NCBI GenBank assembly: GCA_964393745.1
Contig: CAYMVA010000054.1
Location: 16,406-80,405, forward strand
Direction: 5' to 3'
DNA from: an uncultured Enterobacteriaceae bacterium
Lineage (GTDB): Bacteria > Pseudomonadota > Gammaproteobacteria > Burkholderiales > SG8-39
DNA length: 64,000 nucleotides
A program made the translations under genes and the position numbers. Shown in pieces: positions 46,876-54,033 of this stretch (positions are counted from its first letter, which is position 1; each line of letters begins with the position of its first letter). The notes beneath the pieces were generated by a model that was not told where the DNA came from, searched no databases, and saw only the letters and a program-made list of their open reading frames with translations.

Positions 46876-47055
46876 AGGGCGATTGCTCGCGCGTTGCGGA
46901 GAAAACCGTTTGCGCGCGATGTCCCTTTGCGGCCAAGGAAGGTCATTGGGAGCGAGACATTGTCAAGGGCAATTCAATTGGCCTTGCGTTCAAATGCGCC
47001 CGCTACCAACGTGCGACTCCAGCGAGTAATTTTGGTACCGGTAGAGAGATTGCTT

Positions 47056-47859
47056 TCATCGAAAAGCTGGCACTTGGCTATTCCCGCTGGCAAATACCGC
47101 ACTGCTTTGGCTGGGCTGTGAGATTGGAATTCGCGGCTTATACGCTTCAGCCCAAGCAATAAATTCCTTTACGTAACGCTCTCTCGCCTCGTCCTTGGAA
47201 ATTCGGTCACGGTGAAATGGGTTAGATACCCAAACTGTTTCGGCTGAGTCCAAATCACGCATTGCAGGATTGGCGGTTATGGTGACGGTCAGAAATCGGC
47301 GGGTAAGACTCTGCGCAAACGTTGCCGCTAGTACTGTTGTGGGAATATCGATATCTTCCTTCGTCATCCAACTACGAAGATCCGGGAAAAGACCAGTTCC
47401 CGGCGCGCGCAAGTAACCTACAAGGTGGTTTACCAACAGACAGTTAACCACGACGCCACCGGAATCGTAGGGATTCCTGTAAAGCGTGTCTGTACGCTTG
47501 CATGGATCATCGACGCTCAAAGATCCGACTCTCGCTGGAAGTGTGTCTTTTGAGGCCTCGATACGTATTGTCATTGCAATCCGAGAACCGACACGTTGGA
47601 CAAGGAAAATATCAAGCCTGATTGGTGCCATGTGCTGATCGCCGGGACTGAGCATTCGCATTTCTTGTTCCACGGCGCGAAATACCTGCCACTCGCCGCT
47701 AGGTAGTGGGATTTTCATACGTGCCTGCCCTTGACCCACGAACAGTTCATCTTTAATCACAGTCCCAGGTCGAAGCCCTATGTCGTCCGCGAGTGCCTGC
47801 GAACATATTGCTGCCGCACAAGCGAACGCCACGATCTTTGAAGTTGTTCGAATCGACAT
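47056..47859 (-). CDS. Low-GC orphan secreted hypothetical protein
   Basis: Long open frame in a visibly AT-richer segment; AAGGGGG RBS; signal peptide ending QALA-D; no recognisable family. Confidence 0.7.
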   Translation of the reverse strand: MSIRTTSKIVAFACAAAICSQALADDIGLRPGTVIKDELFVGQGQARMKIPLPSGEWQVFRAVEQEMRMLSPGDQHMAPIRLDIFLVQRVGSRIAMTIRIEASKDTLPARVGSLSVDDPCKRTDTLYRNPYDSGGVVVNCLLVNHLVGYLRAPGTGLFPDLRSWMTKEDIDIPTTVLAATFAQSLTRRFLTVTITANPAMRDLDSAETVWVSNPFHRDRISKDEARERYVKEFIAWAEAYKPRIPISQPSQSSAVFASGNSQVPAFR

Positions 47860-48040
47860 ACACGCATCCCCCTTTGTGACCATTGATTCGGCTAATTGCA
47901 AATCGGCGCGGCCGACGATGAATCTACGAAGCAGCAGCGAGCGTCGGAATCAGCGAGCGCAGAGCCGAGTTAACTCCGGTCGGCACTTAGGCTACACCCG
48001 GAATCGCCGCTATGGGTCGAAAGCGGCCGCCACTGTATCC

Positions 48041-48312
48041 GACGCGCCGCCCGGTGCCGCCGCACGGGGCCCCCATCGTGTCGCGCGGAGCCGAGCCGCG
48101 GGCGGAGGAAACCCGGCGAGGATTGCTCGAGCCCGAGCTGCTTCAGCGAGTGGCGAGTTCCGCAGACGGCCGACGCACGCGGCAATGAGGCGAGGGGAAA
48201 GAAAATCGGGGACAGAGCCCGATTTCGCTTCTGCAAATCGCTGTGGCCGAAATCGGGCTCTGTCCCCGATTTTCTTCGCGGCACTGGGGAAGGCGGCGGC
48301 ACCGGGCGGCGC
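48041..48312 (-). mobile_element. MITE-like element, right copy, inverted relative to the left copy
   Basis: Reverse complement aligns with 46628..46875 at about 90% by hand over the non-loop part; same terminal repeats; internal palindrome at 48199..48276 has a different spacer. Confidence 0.72.
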
Positions 48313-48318
48313 CACACG

Positions 48319-48350
48319 GCAAAAGTGTAAAGCGTGACTTTACACTTTGC
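48319..48350. repeat. Family A palindrome (AAAGTGTAAAGC-GTG-ACTTTACACTTT)
   Basis: Lies 6 bp outside the right MITE-like copy. Confidence 0.88.
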
Positions 48351-48364
48351 CTCGCTGCGCCCCG

Positions 48365-49843
48365 CTAGCCGGCGGCGGGATCGAGCGGGAAGATCGGCCG
48401 CCGCACGCGGCTGAACTTGAGCTGCGAGTAGTCCGAGGTGCACACGCCGGTGCCGGCGCACTCGACCACCGCCTTGGCGAGCGGCCCGAGGCCCGCGCGC
48501 CAGTGCACGCGGCTTTTGAGCATCAGGTAGCGCTTTTTTGCCGGCTCGAGGCCGAGGACGCGGAACGGGGCCATGTCGTAAGGCTCGGTGTGGCGCGAGA
48601 TCACTGCGATCTCGATTTTTCCGGTGTCGAGCACCGCCGAGGGGCCGAGATCACCTTCGGCCCCCTTCGCCATCGGCCCCTCATTGCGATATTTGCCCTC
48701 GACCAGGCGCTTCACCTTGCCGCTCACCGTGCGCGGCTTGCCCTTCAGCCCGAGCGAGGGCATGTCGAGCTTGCCGCCGAGCTCGAGCGTCACGTTGGCC
48801 CCCGCGCCTGCGGCCTGCATCTGCGCCACCGCCTTGGGATCGAAAACCGCGAACGCCGCCGCATCTTCGAGCCCGGCATCGAGCATCGCGCCGAGCACCG
48901 TCATCGTGTCCATGGTGCCGCCCGAGGCGCAGTTGTCGTAATGGTCGAGCAGCACCACCGGCCGCGCCTTGATTCCAGCGGCGCGGGCGAGCGATTTTTC
49001 CAGCAACTCGACCTCGTACACGAACCTGGCGCGATCGCGCCACGCCATGTCGAGCAGCTCGTCGCACTCGCGCCGCGCGCGCGCCGCATCGCCTTCGGTC
49101 ACCACCACGGCTGAAGAGCCCGCATAGGGGATGTCGGCGTGCGGGAAGCCCACGAAGAACGTCGCCGCGAGCGTTCCGGCTTTCTCCATGTCCTTGGCGC
49201 GCTGCTGGATTTCCTTGTTGGGCGAATCCAGGCTCGCCTGGCGCATCACGTGCGGCAGCATCGGGCGGTGGCCGAAAGCCATCGCAGGCTTCGATTTACC
49301 ATCCAGCATCGCGAGCACCGGCCGCCCAGCGCGCAGACCCGTGTCGTACATGTCCACGTGCGGATAGGTCTGGTAGCCCGCGAGCACGGTAGCGTGCTCC
49401 GCCATCGCGGGAAACAGATTGGTGTGCATGTCGAGCGCGACGCCGATCGGCACCTTCGGCGCCACTTTCCGGATGCGGCGCAGGAGTTCCCCCTCGCCGT
49501 CATCGAACCCCTCGGGCACCATCGCGCCGTGCAGGTCGAGCAGGACCGCATCGCAGCCCTTGGCCACGGCCTCCACGATCCGCCCCGCCATCCATTCGTA
49601 AGCGGCGCTCTCTACGCGGCCGCTCGGTGCCGCGTCGCCTGCCACCGGGAACACCGCGCTCGCGCCCGCTTTCTCCGCGAGATCGATGAACGCGCCGATT
49701 GCCGTGCCCGTGCCCTTGAATGCGGCGCGCACCGCCTCGCCTTGGTGTGGCTTCGGCCCGCCGTGCGCAAACCGTACCAGCGGCGTCGGCACCGGCGAGA
49801 AGGTGTTGGTTTCGTGCTTCATCTGCGCGATGACGAGGCGCAT
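48365..49843 (-). CDS. M81 (MlrC-like) metallopeptidase
   Basis: HETNTF, LDLHGAM, DMHTN, TYPHVD and LKSRVHWRA motifs. Confidence 0.88.
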   Translation of the reverse strand: MRLVIAQMKHETNTFSPVPTPLVRFAHGGPKPHQGEAVRAAFKGTGTAIGAFIDLAEKAGASAVFPVAGDAAPSGRVESAAYEWMAGRIVEAVAKGCDAVLLDLHGAMVPEGFDDGEGELLRRIRKVAPKVPIGVALDMHTNLFPAMAEHATVLAGYQTYPHVDMYDTGLRAGRPVLAMLDGKSKPAMAFGHRPMLPHVMRQASLDSPNKEIQQRAKDMEKAGTLAATFFVGFPHADIPYAGSSAVVVTEGDAARARRECDELLDMAWRDRARFVYEVELLEKSLARAAGIKARPVVLLDHYDNCASGGTMDTMTVLGAMLDAGLEDAAAFAVFDPKAVAQMQAAGAGANVTLELGGKLDMPSLGLKGKPRTVSGKVKRLVEGKYRNEGPMAKGAEGDLGPSAVLDTGKIEIAVISRHTEPYDMAPFRVLGLEPAKKRYLMLKSRVHWRAGLGPLAKAVVECAGTGVCTSDYSQLKFSRVRRPIFPLDPAAG

Positions 49844-49856
49844 GGCCGGATCGATT

Positions 49857-50951
49857 CTACTTTCTCGGCTGCGATCCGAGCGCGGCCGTCGCGCGGCGCA
49901 TGACCTGGCGCGCCCGCAGGAACACCATTTCCTTCCAGTCGCTTTCGTCCGGGTAGAAGGCGCGCCGGATCGCCGCCTTCGCGGCGCGGCCCCGGTCGGA
50001 GTCGAGCCGGCCCCTGAGGTGCAGCCAGTTGTCGGCGATGAGCGCAGCCAGCACCTCAGGCACCGGATAGGTGCCGTACTCGATCGTGACCGGGCGCACC
50101 TTGGCGCGCGGCAACGCCCCCACCACGGCGTTGCGGATAAAGCCGGTGAGCGGCGCCGAGCGCGAGGTGCCGGATTCTGGCGAAGTGAGCCCCTCGCCGT
50201 ACCACGCGTTCAGCTCCGACCACTCGGCGGTGCCGGGGCGCGCGTTGCAGATCAGCTCGCCGTAGCCGTAGGGGCCGAGCCCGGTATGCAGGTCTATGAA
50301 AGCGACGTGGCGCGCGCGCTTGAGGAATTTGGCGACGATGGCGTAGAAGGTGCGGTTCGACCACGTCGGCCGCTCGCCGCCGTAGAAAACGCCGTCGGCG
50401 TGGCGGTACTGCCCGCCGCTCACCGCGCCCTGCAGTGCCATCGCGCCGCGGCGCGCGGTGTATTCGGTAAAAACCCAATCGCGCGCGGCGATCGAGGCCT
50501 CGTCCCAGCGCTGCGGCACGATCGCCGCGTGCAGCTCTTCGTAGGCCGCGTTGACGGGCAGCGGCTTCGAGAAATCCTGGAAATTGCGATTCAGGTCGAC
50601 ATTGTCCTCGGTGACGCGCCGCAGCCAGGCGAAGCCATGCGGATTGATGGCGTGCACCAGCACCGCCGCAACGCCGCGCGGCAGCCGCCGCCACTCGCCC
50701 GAGCGCAGCCACCCTACGAGGATGCCCGAGCCGCAGAACCCCTCCACGCCGTGCGTCGCCGAGTTGGCGAGCAGCAGGCATTGCGCACGCGGCGCCCCCA
50801 CGCGCACGACGTCGGTGAAAAGCGCCTCTCCCGCAGGTCCGCGCGCAGGGTGGCGATAGCTCGTGACCTTCAGCCGCGCTGCGGCGGCGGCCGCCAGAAA
50901 CTTGTCGCGCGCCTGCACGTAATCGCGCGCGAAGTAGCTCGCTGCACTCAT
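49857..50951 (-). CDS. M14-like metallopeptidase (DUF2817)
   Basis: SATHGVEG, NPHGF...RRVTEDNVDLNRNF, DLHTGLG and IEYGT motifs. Confidence 0.85.
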   Translation of the reverse strand: MSAASYFARDYVQARDKFLAAAAAARLKVTSYRHPARGPAGEALFTDVVRVGAPRAQCLLLANSATHGVEGFCGSGILVGWLRSGEWRRLPRGVAAVLVHAINPHGFAWLRRVTEDNVDLNRNFQDFSKPLPVNAAYEELHAAIVPQRWDEASIAARDWVFTEYTARRGAMALQGAVSGGQYRHADGVFYGGERPTWSNRTFYAIVAKFLKRARHVAFIDLHTGLGPYGYGELICNARPGTAEWSELNAWYGEGLTSPESGTSRSAPLTGFIRNAVVGALPRAKVRPVTIEYGTYPVPEVLAALIADNWLHLRGRLDSDRGRAAKAAIRRAFYPDESDWKEMVFLRARQVMRRATAALGSQPRK

Positions 50952-50980
50952 GCTGCTAGTCCTCCTCCCGAAGCGGCGCG

Positions 50981-51871
50981 CTACGCCGGCGCCGCAACCT
51001 TGATGCGTTTGACCTGTTCCTTCGACAGCGCGCCCGATTGGTAATCGGCGATCGCCTGCTCGATCTCCTCGCGCGTATTCATGACGAACGGGCCGTACTG
51101 CACCACCGGTTCGCGAATGGGCTTGCCCGCGAGCAGCAGCACGCGCGCGCCGGCCTCGCGCGCCTCGATGCGCACCGTGTCGCCATCCGAAAGCAGCCCC
51201 GCCGCGCGATGCGGCAGCAGCTTGCGCTCTTCACCCACCACCGCTTCGCCCTCGTAGGCGTAGAGAAACGCGTTGTGCCCTGCGGGCACGGTGGTTTCGA
51301 ACGCGGCGCGCGGCGCAAGGTGCACATCGAAGTAGCGCGGATCGGTCGAAAGGCCGTGCATCGGGCCGGTCGTCGTCCGCCCGCCGTGCGCGAGCGTTCC
51401 CGCGATCACCTTCACCGTGACGCCCAGCCCCGCCTCGACCACCGGAATCTGCGCCGCAGGAATGTCGGCGTAGGCCGCGGGCTTCATCTTTTCCTTCGCC
51501 GGCAGGTTGAGCCAGAGCTGGAAGCCGCGCATGCGGCCCTCGGCCTGCTGCGGCATCTCAGAGTGCACGATGCCGCGCGCCGCAGTCATCCACTGCACGT
51601 CGCCCGGACCGAGGTCGCCGGTGTTGCCGCCGCTGTCCTGGTGCCGCATATGGCCATCGAGCATGTAGGTCACGGTCTCGAAGCCGCGGTGCGGGTGCGC
51701 CGGAAACCCAGCGAGATAGTCGTTCGGATCGTCGGAGTAGAACTCGTCCAGCATCAGGAACGGGTCGTGGCGCAGCATCGGACTCGCACCCACGCTGCGG
51801 CGCAGCTTGACGCCCGCGCCATCGGAAGTCGCCACAGAAGGGATCACTCGCTGCAGGGTTCGAATTGTCAT
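50981..51871 (-). CDS. Pirin-family protein
   Basis: DPFLMLDEF, HPHRGFETVTY, HSEMP and YGPFVMNT motifs. Confidence 0.9.
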   Translation of the reverse strand: MTIRTLQRVIPSVATSDGAGVKLRRSVGASPMLRHDPFLMLDEFYSDDPNDYLAGFPAHPHRGFETVTYMLDGHMRHQDSGGNTGDLGPGDVQWMTAARGIVHSEMPQQAEGRMRGFQLWLNLPAKEKMKPAAYADIPAAQIPVVEAGLGVTVKVIAGTLAHGGRTTTGPMHGLSTDPRYFDVHLAPRAAFETTVPAGHNAFLYAYEGEAVVGEERKLLPHRAAGLLSDGDTVRIEAREAGARVLLLAGKPIREPVVQYGPFVMNTREEIEQAIADYQSGALSKEQVKRIKVAAPA

Positions 51872-52023
51872 AGGTGTGATTTCCATTCTAGCCGTCATTG
51901 CCCGCGAACCAATTTTGACAGAGCGCGGCATGCCTTGCCCCGAGTTTGCCATTGCGCTGCCTGCGCCGCTCCCGGTTTGCCGCTTACGCTTTCTCGCCCT
52001 ATGACCGAATGAAGGGAAAGCCG

Positions 52024-53376
52024 ATGGACCGCACCGTTGCCATCAAGACCGCGCTCGTCGCCGCGCTCGCGTTCGTGCTGCTGGTCCCGGTGGCGATGAT
52101 CCGCGACCTGATCGCCGAGCGCCAGGCGCGCCGCAACGAGGCCGTCGCCGGCATCGCGCTCGGCTGGGGCCAGCGCCAGGCGCTCGCCGGCCCGTTCCTA
52201 GCCGTGCCCTACGAGCGCACCTGGACCGTGGTGACGCGCGAAGTCGTGGACGGCAGCGCGCGCGAGCGGCGCACGGAACGCACCGAGGCGCGCGTGGCGC
52301 GCATCGCGGCCGAGCGCGTCGAATGGACAATTGAGGCCGCGACGAGCGAGAAGGTGCGCGGCATCTACAAGGCGCGGCTCTACGCCAGCCGCATCCGGGT
52401 GCGCGGGCAGCTCGCACTCCCGGAGCGCTTCGGGCTCGCGGGCGACACGGCGCAAATCACCTGGGGCACGCCGCGGCTCGTCCTCGGCGTCTCCGACCCG
52501 CGCGGCATCCGCAGCGTGAACGCGCTCTCGCTGGGAGAAACGAAAGCGGAATTCCTTCCCGGCGCGGGCGACGCGACGCTTGCTGCCGGCATCCACGCGC
52601 CCCTCGAATCCTTGCGCCCGGGCGCGGCGCACAAGCTCGACTTCGAATTCACGCTCGAGCTCGCCGGATCCGAAGCGCTCGCCATCGCGCCGCTTGCGCG
52701 CGACACTGCCGTAAGCCTGCGCTCGGACTGGCCGCATCCTTCTTTCCAGGGCGTGTTCCTGCCCGCGCGCCATGAGCTGGGGCCGGACGGCTTCAGCGCC
52801 CACTGGCAAATCTCGCGCCACGCTGCGCAAGGAGCGGAGCGCCTCGCCGCCTGCGAGGGCGCGAAACTGTGCCCGCAGCTCATGGCGCAGGCGCTCGAGG
52901 TGTCGTTCATCGAGCCTGCCGGCCTCTACCAGCGACTCGAGCGCGCCTCCAAGTACGGGTTCCTTTTCATCGGCCTCACCTTCGCCGCGTTCTTCCTCGT
53001 GGAGCTCTTGCGGCGGCTGCCGATCCATCCCATCCAGTACGCGCTGGTCGGGCTCGCGCTGGCGATGTTCTTCCTGCTGCTCACCGCGCTATCCGAGCAC
53101 CTCGCGTTCGCACTTGCCTACGCGGCTGCGACGCTTGCCTGCACCGGGTTGGTCGCCGCGTACGTCGCGCACGTGCTAAAAAGCGCACCCGCGGGCCTTG
53201 CCTTCGGCGGCGCGCTGGGCGCGCTCTACGGCGTCCTGTACATGCTCCTCAGCGCCGAGGACTACTCGCTGCTTGCGGGATCGGTGCTGCTGTTCGCGCT
53301 GCTCGCCGCGGTGATGGTCGCGACAAGGCGCGTGGATTGGTACCAGCTTGCCCAACCATCATTGCTCGACAAATGA
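52024..53376 (+). CDS. creD: Inner-membrane protein CreD
   Basis: LIAERQARR, WPHPSF, KYGFLFI, PIHPIQY.LVGLAL..F.LLL.ALSEH and TRRVDWY motifs. Confidence 0.9.
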   Translation: MDRTVAIKTALVAALAFVLLVPVAMIRDLIAERQARRNEAVAGIALGWGQRQALAGPFLAVPYERTWTVVTREVVDGSARERRTERTEARVARIAAERVEWTIEAATSEKVRGIYKARLYASRIRVRGQLALPERFGLAGDTAQITWGTPRLVLGVSDPRGIRSVNALSLGETKAEFLPGAGDATLAAGIHAPLESLRPGAAHKLDFEFTLELAGSEALAIAPLARDTAVSLRSDWPHPSFQGVFLPARHELGPDGFSAHWQISRHAAQGAERLAACEGAKLCPQLMAQALEVSFIEPAGLYQRLERASKYGFLFIGLTFAAFFLVELLRRLPIHPIQYALVGLALAMFFLLLTALSEHLAFALAYAAATLACTGLVAAYVAHVLKSAPAGLAFGGALGALYGVLYMLLSAEDYSLLAGSVLLFALLAAVMVATRRVDWYQLAQPSLLDK

Positions 53377-53763
53377 TTCCATCGTGCACGCACGTTCCGG
53401 AAACGCCTTGAGCACGGCTTTGTCCGCAGTCACCAGCGGCACGGCCAGCCCCTTCGCCAGAGCAACGAACTCCGCGTCATACGCAGAAAGGTCTGTATCG
53501 GCGACAATCTCGAACACCATTTCGCTCGCCACGAGGTGTTCGCGCCCGGCGAACGCGGCTTCGGCGGCGGCCATGACTTGCACGGTTTGCGCGGCACTGA
53601 GCGTGCCGTCACGCAGGTAGCCGGTGAGGATGCTGCGCATCTCGGAGCGCCAAAGCACCGGCACGTGCCAGTCTGAGTCTTTCTCGCGTACGCGCTGCGC
53701 GCTTTCGGTGAGCGGTCCGTTTACCCAGTAATAGGCGACCACGTTGCTGTCGACGACGATCAC
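53359..53763 (-). CDS. vapC: PIN-domain VapC/FitB-like toxin
   Basis: IVVDSNV, SEMRS and SAYDAEFVALA...LVTAD motifs; GTGA coupling with the antitoxin. Confidence 0.85.
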   Translation of the reverse strand: MIVVDSNVVAYYWVNGPLTESAQRVREKDSDWHVPVLWRSEMRSILTGYLRDGTLSAAQTVQVMAAAEAAFAGREHLVASEMVFEIVADTDLSAYDAEFVALAKGLAVPLVTADKAVLKAFPERACTMESFVEQ

Positions 53764-53996
53764 GCCCGCCCCTGCCGCTTGTAGCGGCCTACCCTGGAGT
53801 GATCCACCCGCGGCAGCCTGGCGACGAATTGCCGCAGCGCACGCTCATGCGCCGCGACATCGACCACCGGCGCGCTGAATTCGCTCTCCAGCCTGGCGAG
53901 AATTTCGCTGTTGAGGCTGCGGCGGTTTTTCTCGGCGCTTTGCTTGAGCCGGCTATGCAGCTGCTTCGGGATGTTCTTGAGGGTCAGATTGAGCAT
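53760..53996 (-). CDS. Arc/FitA-like ribbon-helix-helix antitoxin
   Basis: LTLKNIP..LH.RLK..A..NRRSLNSEI motif. Confidence 0.85.
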   Translation of the reverse strand: MLNLTLKNIPKQLHSRLKQSAEKNRRSLNSEILARLESEFSAPVVDVAAHERALRQFVARLPRVDHSRVGRYKRQGRA

Positions 53997-54033
53997 CCAA
54001 ATCTCCGTGGAACCATAACGGAACCATTATAGC

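Noticed and set aside
47975-47995. Integron attC site beside the cargo gene
   Set aside because: CACTTAGGC resembles but does not match GTTRRRY; no paired RYYYAAC box or integrase was found.
46615-48320. Target-site duplication around the MITE-flanked unit
   Set aside because: The outer flanks (GGGTGTCGC and ACACGGC) share no direct repeat, so transposition is not directly evidenced.
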